Translations under genes and position numbers: made by a program
Shown: in pieces, positions 16,995 to 24,325 of the stretch
How the letters are laid out: every line of letters starts with the position of its first letter
Position numbering within the stretch: position 1 is the stretch's first letter
Assembly: GCA_029881495.1 (NCBI GenBank)
Contig: JAOUMJ010000020.1
Coordinates: forward strand, 22,230 to 54,229
From: Nitrospinota bacterium
GTDB taxonomy: Bacteria > Nitrospinota_A > UBA7883 > JACRGQ01
Length of the DNA stretch: 32,000 nucleotides
Direction of reading: 5' to 3'
The notes under the pieces: generated by a model
What the model was told of the DNA's origin: nothing
Seen by the model: the letters and a program-made list of their open reading frames with translations, nothing else
Database searches by the model: none

Positions 16995-17669
16995 TTACCG
17001 GTGTATTTTAATTACCACTCTGCGGTTCTGCATTTGATTTTCCGCAATAGCGTTTCCAAGTTCATCCCTGTTTGGAGCCTTGGGCGCGATGTCGGCAAAC
17101 CCGGAAGCCTGCAGTCTCTTTTTTTCAATACCGAATTCGATAAGCATGCGGAGCACGTTTGTAGCCCTCGCGGTCGAGAGCTCCCAGTTGGAGGGGTATT
17201 TCACAGTATTGATAGGAACGTCGTCCGTATGCCCCTCCACCGAGACCTTGTGGTCGTCGTATGAGATCACTTTCAGCGATTTGGCTACCTTGTCGATGAT
17301 CGGTCTCGCGGTATCCATTATCTCCGCGTCGCCGGACAAAAAGAGGGCGGCGCTGGAGAATTCCAGCTTTATACCCTGTGCGGAGAGGTCGACCATTATT
17401 TCCTTTTCCAGGTTTTCCTGTTTAATCATCTTGTCCAGCTCGTTTTTCAGTTCATGGAACGGTTTTGTAACCTTCTTTTTGCTAACCGATTCAATAAGTC
17501 CGGCTTTGACCTCTTCATACTTTGAAGCATCTACTACCGATATCGCGGCAAGGAGAATGAAGAAGGCGAGGAGCAGGGTGACCATGTCCGAATAGGTGGT
17601 CATCCATGTTCCTTCCTCCGATTCTTCGGATCTCCTTCTTCCGGGAGAGCCGCTCTTGTTGAAAGCCAT
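16995..17669 (-). CDS. motB: MotB-type stator subunit (OmpA-like peptidoglycan-binding domain)
   Basis: Single TM helix carrying the conserved channel Asp ('TTYSDMVTLLLAFFILLAAI'). The C-terminal OmpA-like domain has 'VSVEGHTDDVP' and the PG-binding motif 'NWELSTARATNV'. An SD-like AAGGAA lies upstream of the ATG. Confidence 0.87.
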   Translation of the reverse strand: MAFNKSGSPGRRRSEESEEGTWMTTYSDMVTLLLAFFILLAAISVVDASKYEEVKAGLIESVSKKKVTKPFHELKNELDKMIKQENLEKEIMVDLSAQGIKLEFSSAALFLSGDAEIMDTARPIIDKVAKSLKVISYDDHKVSVEGHTDDVPINTVKYPSNWELSTARATNVLRMLIEFGIEKKRLQASGFADIAPKAPNRDELGNAIAENQMQNRRVVIKIHR

Positions 17670-17694
17670 TACCTGTTCCTTTTAATGTTTTTCA

Positions 17695-18474
17695 TTACCT
17701 GCCGCTTTTCTTTCTGCTGAACCGCTTTTTTGGCTCAATGAAAGAGTTGAGTTTGTTTTCAACGAATATGGGGTGCTGTTTTTCCGCCAGTAGGAGTATC
17801 CCGTTCATCTGTATTACTCTCACCAGCACCTCGTAATCGGTTCTTCGCCTTATTTTTTCCGCTATCGGCATGAACAGCAGGTTCGACAGGAGGGTTCCGT
17901 ACAACGTCGTAGTAAGGGCTATCGCAAGTGCGGGCCCTATTGTAGAAGGGTCTTCCCCCATCTGCTGAAGCATGATTATAAGGCCTACGAGGGTACCGAT
18001 CATCCCAAAGGCAGGCGCGTACGATGCCATAACCTTGAACATGCTGTACTGCCCCTGCTGGGCGTCCACCATCCCTTCTATCATGTTTTCCAGGTTGGCC
18101 TTGATCTCATCTCTCTTGTACCCGTTGATAAGGAGCATGAGACCGTCCTTTTCAAATGAATTTTTAAGCTTGAGAGCTTCGTCCTCTATCGCGGAGAGCC
18201 CCTTGCTCTTTATGATCTCCGCCCACCGCGCAAACCTCGGAACAAGGTTTGTGTATGTGGTGTCATGCGACATGAATATCTTGTATACCGACAGGAACGA
18301 GCGTTTGACGTCCTCGTAGGGGAACGCGATGAATGTCGAGGCAACCGTTCCCCCAAGGACAATCGCGAAGCCCGGCATATTTACAAATACCAGGTACTCT
18401 TTCGTACTGCTTACGATAGCGGCGACGAATATCGCGATACCGGCAATAAGTCCGATCAAGGTTGATATTGACAT
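17695..18474 (-). CDS. motA: MotA/PomA-type stator subunit (MotA/TolQ/ExbB proton-channel family)
   Basis: 259 aa with four TM segments and a large cytoplasmic loop between TM2 and TM3. The conserved Pro-containing TM3 and TM4 read 'YAPAFGMIGTLVGLI' and 'GPALAIALTTTLYGTLLSNLLFMPIAEKI'. Size and topology match flagellar-type MotA, not the long-tailed ZorA. Confidence 0.9.
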   Translation of the reverse strand: MSISTLIGLIAGIAIFVAAIVSSTKEYLVFVNMPGFAIVLGGTVASTFIAFPYEDVKRSFLSVYKIFMSHDTTYTNLVPRFARWAEIIKSKGLSAIEDEALKLKNSFEKDGLMLLINGYKRDEIKANLENMIEGMVDAQQGQYSMFKVMASYAPAFGMIGTLVGLIIMLQQMGEDPSTIGPALAIALTTTLYGTLLSNLLFMPIAEKIRRRTDYEVLVRVIQMNGILLLAEKQHPIFVENKLNSFIEPKKRFSRKKSGR

Positions 18475-18475
18475 A

Positions 18476-19153
18476 TCAGTACCCCATTTCCTCTAGTTTG
18501 CGTCTTACGTCATTCATGGAAGGGTCGTGCTGAAGCGCCGCTTGCCACGATTGAACCGCCAGATCGAGCTTCTTCATCCTGTAAAAGATGGAGCCTTTCA
18601 GCGCGTGCGCGTAGGCATAGTCGGGGGCTATCAGCAGGGCCTTGTTCACTTCCTTCAAGGCGAGCGTGTACCGCTTCTTATAGAACTGTCTCTGCGCCTT
18701 GTTCAGATGGTTACTTGCCCTGTTGAAAGGGGATTGCGCCTCCGACGGCTCGCCGGGGGAAATCGCTACATCCTCCTCCGGAATGTCCATCTGCACAAAT
18801 ACGTTCTCATCGCCGGGGTCGATGTTCATCACGATGTCGTAACTTCTCCCCTTTCGCCTTATCTGCACGGTTTGGGGCGAGCGCGTGGCAAGAGTATCAT
18901 CTGCCGCCGCCCCTTGTTCGTTTGCTCCGTTCCTCTGCGGCTCGAGATTTATCGGCAGGTCGCCGGTATCCTCTCCCTTGCGGGCGGCCTCTTCCCTGGC
19001 CGCCTGTTTCACCATATCCTTTGTAGAGGAGCAGGCTGTAAGGGGGGAGAATGCAAATAGCAATATGGAGGCGGGGAGGATAACATGGGCCATAACCGCC
19101 CTTGCCAAGTTTGACCGCCATACAGTTTTCATCATTTCAATCACCTTGTTCAT
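18476..19153 (-). CDS. TPR-repeat lipoprotein
   Basis: Signal peptide ending in the lipobox 'PLTAC' (Cys41). A charged, probably disordered linker is followed by C-terminal TPR-like repeats ('QFYKKRYTLALKEVNKALLIAPDYAYAHALKGSIFYRMKKLDLAVQSWQAALQHDPSMNDV'). The start abuts the upstream stop (TAAATG), and the stop is 1 nt from the motA ATG. Confidence 0.7.
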   Translation of the reverse strand: MNKVIEMMKTVWRSNLARAVMAHVILPASILLFAFSPLTACSSTKDMVKQAAREEAARKGEDTGDLPINLEPQRNGANEQGAAADDTLATRSPQTVQIRRKGRSYDIVMNIDPGDENVFVQMDIPEEDVAISPGEPSEAQSPFNRASNHLNKAQRQFYKKRYTLALKEVNKALLIAPDYAYAHALKGSIFYRMKKLDLAVQSWQAALQHDPSMNDVRRKLEEMGY

Positions 19154-20470
19154 TTAAAAAACAAATCCGATACCGACTTCATACGTCGTTCCGCCAAAAT
19201 TGATATGCGATTCGAAATCGCCGATAGGCACCAGTTCGATCCTCTTTTCAGGGATATTCACAAATCCCAGAGAGAAGGAAAAGCGCTCGCTGAATCTAAG
19301 GGTCAGGCCGCTCTTATAGATTTCGGTGTGGTGTTTCATGAACAGCGCCTCGCCAAGGGAGACGTAGTAGTTCCATGTGGAGAAATATTCCTTCCGCAGA
19401 TTTTTTTCATCTACCGGCTCGTATCCCTCACCGGAGAAGAATATCTTGTCGAGCTTTAGGATAAGGTGCCCGTAAAATGCCCCTCCCGCAATGTCGAAGA
19501 ACTCGGGCCTTACGATATTGGCGAAATAATCGAGCCCAACGCCGTATATGATATGTTTGGAGTTCTTCGATTCTCTCAATACCTTGAGGCTAAGAGTAGC
19601 CACCTTGTCGAGATGCTCTGCTGGGAGAGTGGCGGACTTTCTCTCATATTTGTAGCCCCATATGCCGGTCTCCAGAGCAACTTCGTACGGGCGGAGTTCC
19701 TTTTCCTCTTCGATCTCCTCAAAGATGTCCTGGAACTTTCTCGCCCATACGACCTCCCCTGTCTTTGCGTCTACGACCTTGAAATTGAGAAACAGCTTGT
19801 CGTTTTCAACATATACGTTCCAGAGGAAAAAGCCGTCGACCTTTATGTTCTTTGCAATTTCCGCGAGCCGCTGGTTCGATTCCACGGCCCTCAGGATGGT
19901 GAACGTGTTCTCCTTGAGGATGAGCTGGGTCGATTTGCACTCCATGCATTCGAATATCTGGAACCTGCCGGTTTCAAGAAGTTTGCGTGTTAGCCCGTTC
20001 TCGATAAGCTCGTATATCTTCGCTGGCAGCATTTTGTTCTGCTTGTCGGCGTTCCGGTAAAGGGCGATCTTGTTCACGCGCGGACTGATAGATAAAAGTT
20101 CCTCTTTCGAGAAATTCATCGCCATGATAAGCGTCTGAACACGTTCGTAGAGATTCGGGTTTCGCGTCTGCTCAAAGGCCTCACCTGTGAGGAGGCTTTT
20201 TACCGGCTGTCTGTTCCCAGGCTGCGGTGTTGTCCCGGGGAGAGGCGCGGTATCGTCGAATACGGTTTCATCCTGCGGAAGCTCAAGTGGCTCACCATCC
20301 GGTGGAAGCTCGTCTTCAGGCGGCAGTTCTATACTCTTCACCGGTTGAAAGTCGGGTGATGCACCCGCCGGAGGCTCCTGCGCGTATGACAGATTGGCCA
20401 CTAAAAGCGCAAACAATATCGCTGACAACCAGGTATATCTACCCAGATGCAAAACTTTGACGTATTTCAT
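19154..20470 (-). CDS. secreted outer-membrane-type protein: P/E-rich linker, CsgG/FlgO/TolB-N-like alpha/beta module, C-terminal beta-barrel-like domain
   Basis: Signal peptide 'SAILFALLVANLSYA|QE'. aa 31-90 are Pro/Glu/Asp-rich. aa ~130-245 ('IALYRN...LTRKLLETGRFQIFECMECK...VDGFFLWNVYVENDKLFLNFKVVDAKTGEVVWARKF') resemble the periplasmic alpha/beta modules of CsgG, LpoB, FlgO and TolB-N proteins. aa ~260-438 form alternating beta-strand patterns ending in the OMP-type beta-signal 'YEVGIGFVF'. The RBS AAGGGA sits 7 nt upstream of the ATG. Confidence 0.6.
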   Translation of the reverse strand: MKYVKVLHLGRYTWLSAILFALLVANLSYAQEPPAGASPDFQPVKSIELPPEDELPPDGEPLELPQDETVFDDTAPLPGTTPQPGNRQPVKSLLTGEAFEQTRNPNLYERVQTLIMAMNFSKEELLSISPRVNKIALYRNADKQNKMLPAKIYELIENGLTRKLLETGRFQIFECMECKSTQLILKENTFTILRAVESNQRLAEIAKNIKVDGFFLWNVYVENDKLFLNFKVVDAKTGEVVWARKFQDIFEEIEEEKELRPYEVALETGIWGYKYERKSATLPAEHLDKVATLSLKVLRESKNSKHIIYGVGLDYFANIVRPEFFDIAGGAFYGHLILKLDKIFFSGEGYEPVDEKNLRKEYFSTWNYYVSLGEALFMKHHTEIYKSGLTLRFSERFSFSLGFVNIPEKRIELVPIGDFESHINFGGTTYEVGIGFVF

Positions 20471-20499
20471 TCATTTATCCCTTCTTGCGTCAAAAAGTA

Positions 20500-20515
20500 T
20501 GCAGTAATCATTCCA
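20500..20515 (-). promoter_or_regulatory. putative sigma54 (-24/-12) promoter for the five-gene operon
   Basis: The minus strand reads TTGGAATGATTACTGCATA. GG and GC have exactly the consensus spacing of TGGCAC-N5-TTGCA (here TGGAAT-N5-CTGCA). The element sits about 30 nt upstream of the ATG at 20470, with the RBS in between. Confidence 0.3.
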
Positions 20516-20572
20516 ATATTTGAAAATCCCGGAAAAATAACCACATAGAGAGAGGGGAGCGTTAAAAAATTG

Positions 20573-20594
20573 ACGTAAATTCCCTTTTTTACGT
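20573..20594. promoter_or_regulatory. inverted repeat ACGTAAA-N8-TTTACGT (candidate activator/regulator site)
   Basis: Perfect 7-bp arms at 20573-20579 and 20588-20594, about 60-90 bp upstream of the putative -24/-12 element. That is the distance typical for enhancer-binding-protein sites. Confidence 0.25.
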
Positions 20595-20685
20595 AGGAAA
20601 CTTGCTCCAGTTTTATCTCCTTAAAAGAAGCGAGGAGGTGGTGACAATCTCTACAAAAGCGAATTTTCCAAAATTGTGAGGCCAA

Positions 20686-20702
20686 CCTACAAAAAATGTA
20701 GG
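20686..20702. promoter_or_regulatory. palindrome CCTACA-N5-TGTAGG
   Basis: Perfect 6-bp arms with an AAAAA spacer, inside the 582-bp intergenic region. Function unknown. Confidence 0.2.
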
Positions 20703-21052
20703 ATATATTTCTCCCTAAACTGAGCATCTTTCTCCCTTTGGTTTGAATGAAACGTAACATATTATAGCAACAAAAGAGCCTTCTCCGCACCCGGCTTCTG
20801 GAAGCCGTTTTCACCCGGTTTGTCGCGATCTTTTCCGAATTTGCCATAGCTGAATAAAGTCTCCCTATAAGCGAGCCCTCGCTGTTCTTTCAAGTCGATG
20901 AGCGAAAATTGCTCTCAACAGCTAGTATACTATTACTGGTAAACAGCGCATTCATGGCAATGAAAATTTGCCCGGGATCTGGAGAAACCGAGTAAATAGA
21001 TCTTTCGTTCTGGAAAATTGAAATTTAACAATTCGAAGAGGGGGGTGGCAAA

Positions 21053-21868
21053 TTGGGATCATCGTCAGTCACGGAAAATTCGTTCCGCGAAACAACGCTT
21101 GGCAAGACAGGGAGGGTAGTTGGAAGGATTGCCGTCTCCGGCGGCTACGGTGTGCCGGCTGGCGCGGTCGAGATGGCGTTCGAGCGGGGGTGCAACTATT
21201 TCTATCACGGTTCATTCCGCAAAAAAGGGATGAATGAAGCGATTAAAAATCTTTGCGCCGCCGGGAAGAGGGATGAGCTTTTCATAGTCGCCCAGGTCTA
21301 TACGAGATGGGGCTGGCAGTTCCGCAGAAGTTTTTACAGCTTCCTAAAGAAAACCGGCCTTGATTATGCCGATGCGCTCTTACTCGGCTGGTACAACTCT
21401 ACCCCCTCCCCGAAGATACTCGACATCTGCGCGGAACTAAGGGAGAAGGGGCTTGTTCGCCATATCGCCATCTCGGGGCACAACAGGCCGGCGTTCCCGG
21501 TGTTCGCCGAGAAGGGTGTCGGAGATATATTTCATATACGGTACAACGCCGCCCACAGGGGGGCGGACTCGGACGTATTCCCGATGCTGAAAGGGGATCG
21601 TCCCGGCACGGTTGCCTATACGGCCACTTCGTGGGGACAGCTGTTAAAGAAGGGGAAAATGCCCGCCGGAGAAATGGTGCCGCGGGCTTCGGACTGTTAC
21701 AGGTTCGTATTGTCGAATCCAAATTTCGACCTCTGCATGACAGGCCCCGCCGACACTGCACAGATGGGGGAGGCTCTCGCCGCTCTTGACCGCGGGGCGA
21801 TGAGCGAGGAGGAGCTTGCCTGGATGCGCCGTGTCGGCGACCATGTGAGTCGTAAGAGTTTCAGATAG
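21053..21868 (+). CDS. aldo/keto reductase-like oxidoreductase
   Basis: 271 aa. The N-terminus 'FRETTLGKTGRVVGRIAVSGGYG' and 'VRHIAISGHN' fit the AKR (COG1453-like) TIM-barrel family. The canonical 'DTAxxY' block is not obvious ('CNYFYHGSF'), so it may be divergent. TTG start with a GAGGGGGG RBS 7-8 nt upstream. Confidence 0.55.
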   Translation: MGSSSVTENSFRETTLGKTGRVVGRIAVSGGYGVPAGAVEMAFERGCNYFYHGSFRKKGMNEAIKNLCAAGKRDELFIVAQVYTRWGWQFRRSFYSFLKKTGLDYADALLLGWYNSTPSPKILDICAELREKGLVRHIAISGHNRPAFPVFAEKGVGDIFHIRYNAAHRGADSDVFPMLKGDRPGTVAYTATSWGQLLKKGKMPAGEMVPRASDCYRFVLSNPNFDLCMTGPADTAQMGEALAALDRGAMSEEELAWMRRVGDHVSRKSFR

Positions 21869-21878
21869 GTATAGAGAA

Positions 21879-21914
21879 CCGGCAGAGGAGCGTATGCTCT
21901 CGCCCCTCTGCCGG
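21879..21914. terminator. bidirectional stem-loop terminator between convergent genes
   Basis: Perfect 10-bp stem CCGGCAGAGG / CCTCTGCCGG (21879-21888 and 21905-21914), with an inner AGC/GCT mini-stem. It lies between the AKR stop (21868) and the ccp stop (21923). The U-tracts are weak on both strands. Confidence 0.6.
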
Positions 21915-21922
21915 TTGATGGA

Positions 21923-22990
21923 TCAGTTTCTGTCCGGTATCGGCGTCGAATCGGTCGACGGCGGGAGTATCGGGAGGACTATATCGGGCATCTTGCCTGT
22001 CAGCGATTTAAGGAACGCCACTATCGCGTCGACGTCGTCCCTTGAGACAGGCTCACCTAGCTGGTAGAGTGCCATATCCTTTACCGCGTCCTCGAGTTTC
22101 CAGTGCCGCCCGTCATGGAAGTAGGGGTATGTCAGCTCAATGTTTCGGAGCGAGGGGATCTTGAAAACATTTTTATCCTCTTCCGCCTTGGTCACGCCGA
22201 ATCGCCCCAGGTCTTCCATGTTTTTCGGTTTTTTTACCACGCCGAATTTCTGGTATCCGTTTCCTCCTACCGCTGGTCCGTTATGGCAACCGGCGCAATT
22301 GATGTTCATGAAGATGCGCAGGCCCTCTTTCTCTTTCTCTGTGAGCGCCTTGTTGTCCCCTTTCAGAAAGCTGTCGAATCTTGAAGGGGTGAGGAGTGTC
22401 CTTTCGAAGGCGCCGATGGCGTTAGCGATGTTTTCATACCTGAGAGGTTCCTTTTCGTTTGGGAACGCCTTTCCGAATCGATAGACATATTCCGGTATCG
22501 AGCCGAGCCTTTTAAGCACGAGTTTTTGAGTTGCCCCCATTTCAACATCGGCTAGTATCGGCCCTTGTGCCTGCGCCTCCACGTCCGCGGCCCGTCCATC
22601 CCAGAACTGGGCGATGTGTAGCGAAGCGTTCAGCACCGTTGGAGCGTTCCTTCCGCCGACCATCCATTTATGCCCGGTGGAGAAAGGGTTGTTATCCACG
22701 CCGCCTGTTGAGAGATTGTGGCACGACGCGCAGGAAAATACATTCGATTTTGAAAGACGCGTTTCGAAGTAGAGCATCTTGCCAAGTTCCAGCTTCTCCT
22801 TGTTGGCCGGGTTTTCGTTTTTAAATACCGGTTTGTCGGGGAGCGGCTCGAAGTATCCGAGAGCCTCATCGCGGAGAGCGGCATCATCCGCGGCATGCGC
22901 GGAATGTATTGGCAATCCGATAAGGAAAACGGTGAAGAGCGCGAAAGACAACAATCTGAGAGGTGTTGGCATGGTGTGTGGAAGCGGCAT
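21923..22990 (-). CDS. ccp: di-haem cytochrome c peroxidase (BCCP/MauG family)
   Basis: Signal peptide and two haem c motifs, 'CASCHN' and 'CAGCHNG'. Family blocks present: 'GRNAPTVLNA', 'FWDGRA' and 'FKIPSLRNIELTYPYFHDG'. The start is placed at the third Met (22990) because GAGGAG lies 6 nt upstream of it. The ORF-track start at 22996 directly abuts the SD. Confidence 0.92.
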   Translation of the reverse strand: MPLPHTMPTPLRLLSFALFTVFLIGLPIHSAHAADDAALRDEALGYFEPLPDKPVFKNENPANKEKLELGKMLYFETRLSKSNVFSCASCHNLSTGGVDNNPFSTGHKWMVGGRNAPTVLNASLHIAQFWDGRAADVEAQAQGPILADVEMGATQKLVLKRLGSIPEYVYRFGKAFPNEKEPLRYENIANAIGAFERTLLTPSRFDSFLKGDNKALTEKEKEGLRIFMNINCAGCHNGPAVGGNGYQKFGVVKKPKNMEDLGRFGVTKAEEDKNVFKIPSLRNIELTYPYFHDGRHWKLEDAVKDMALYQLGEPVSRDDVDAIVAFLKSLTGKMPDIVLPILPPSTDSTPIPDRN

Positions 22991-23138
22991 AATCATCTCC
23001 TCAATTTCAATTAATAGCGTGTAAAAGGATCAAATCTCTGGTAAATCTGTCTTTTGATTATACCCGATTTTTACCGGTTTCCCCCCACGTGAGCGGTTTT
23101 CTGACTGTACCCACGCTCCAAAGAGAGGTGAAAATGGA

Positions 23139-24149
23139 TCATTTGATACGCAAAACAGCAGCGCCGTTTATCCGGCTATGTTTCAGGTCGATAAGCGCTT
23201 CGGGCGCTCTTTCGAAAGGGTAAGGTTTTATATCGGTCTTTACGGGGATCTCGGCAGATGCCCTTAACAGCTCGATGCCGTCGCTCCTCGTCGAGGCTGT
23301 TACGGAGAGTATCCTCTTTTCGTTGAAGAGATGTTTCTCATAATCCATGCGCGGAACATCGTCGACATATACCCCGGCTAGCGCGAGAGTTCCCCCCTTG
23401 TCTAGCTTCTCCATCGCTTTTGGAATGAGCGAGCCGGCGGGGGCGAAAGATATCGCGGCGGAAAGAAGAGCGGGGGATGGATCATCGGCAGAGCCTGCCC
23501 AGACGGCTCCAAGTTTCATGGCATGTTCCCTGTGCTCCTTTGAACGGGTGAAAACATAAACGTTCGCGCCGCGGTGTATCGCTATCTGGATAGCAATGTG
23601 CGCCGATGCGCCGAAACCGAAAATGCCGAGCGTCTCTCCGCTCTTAATTTCCGAGAGTCTAAGCGCGCGATAGCCTATTATCCCAGCGCAGAGAAGGGGG
23701 GCGGCATGTAGGTCGTCAAAGTGGTCAGGAAGGGGGTATACGAAATCTTCCGGCGCGGTGATGTATTCGGCGTAACCGCCGTTGGAGTGGAAGCCGGTGA
23801 AGCTGATAGAATCGCACAGGTTCTCAAGGCCACTGCGGCAGTATCCGCACTTCCCGCACGCGGAACGGAGCCATGCGATGCCGACCCTTTCCCCCGGCTT
23901 GAATCTTTTTGCGCTTTCACCGTTCCCTGAAACCTTGCCTACTACCTGGTGGCCGGGGATGATCGGGAGCGTCGGGAGAGGAAGCTCCCCCTCCACGGCG
24001 TGAAGGTCGGTATGGCAGACTCCGCAGGCGGAGATTTTAATCTGCACCTCCCCCTTTCCAGGCTCCGGTTTTTCGACCTCGCGCAGTGCAAGTTTTTTTT
24101 CTTCCGCGGGTGCGGTCTCTTCGATAAGCCACGCCTTCATTTTTCCCAT
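23139..24149 (-). CDS. zinc-dependent alcohol dehydrogenase (MDR family, AdhP-like)
   Basis: Catalytic zinc motif 'CGVCHTDLH', 'GHQVVG', the structural zinc Cys cluster 'CGKCGYCRSGLENLC', and Rossmann motif 'GIFGFGASAHIA'. Confidence 0.9.
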   Translation of the reverse strand: MGKMKAWLIEETAPAEEKKLALREVEKPEPGKGEVQIKISACGVCHTDLHAVEGELPLPTLPIIPGHQVVGKVSGNGESAKRFKPGERVGIAWLRSACGKCGYCRSGLENLCDSISFTGFHSNGGYAEYITAPEDFVYPLPDHFDDLHAAPLLCAGIIGYRALRLSEIKSGETLGIFGFGASAHIAIQIAIHRGANVYVFTRSKEHREHAMKLGAVWAGSADDPSPALLSAAISFAPAGSLIPKAMEKLDKGGTLALAGVYVDDVPRMDYEKHLFNEKRILSVTASTRSDGIELLRASAEIPVKTDIKPYPFERAPEALIDLKHSRINGAAVLRIK

Positions 24150-24325
24150 GAATGCTATTTTATCAGGCGGAGGCGCCGAATGGTCAGGAGCATGCGGACG
24201 GATTTGGAAATTGAAACACCCCTTCCGCTTTCATTCCAGAAAGGAGTGAGGGAGCAGGGGGCAGAGAGATATTCGCTTCTTATCTATTATCTTTGTCCGG
24301 CGGCGCGATTTGGGGGAGCGACGAA

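Noticed and set aside
16995-18474. MotA/MotB pair as a Zorya (ZorA/ZorB) anti-phage system.
   Set aside because: ZorA proteins carry a very long C-terminal tail and are followed by ZorC/ZorD or ZorE. This MotA is a standard 259-aa four-TM protein, and the neighbours are FliG-like, TPR and OM proteins. No helicase or nuclease effectors are present.
20792-20811. Hairpin CGGCTTC-TG-GAAGCCG followed by TTTT on the plus strand, resembling an orphan terminator or sRNA 3' end.
   Set aside because: The 2-nt loop is sterically implausible, which leaves an effective 5-bp stem. No plus-strand gene or promoter lies upstream of it. The evidence is insufficient to call an sRNA.
20467-20847. 126-aa minus-strand ORF overlapping the start of the OM-protein gene by 4 nt. 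It could have been read as a sixth operon gene.
   Set aside because: The translation ('...RRRLFCCYNMLRFIQTKGRK...FCRDCHHLL...') has a Cys/Arg/Phe-rich, non-protein-like composition with no recognisable motif or RBS. It spans AT-rich, palindrome-containing sequence that looks regulatory. I treat it as a chance ORF, but without expression data I cannot exclude it.
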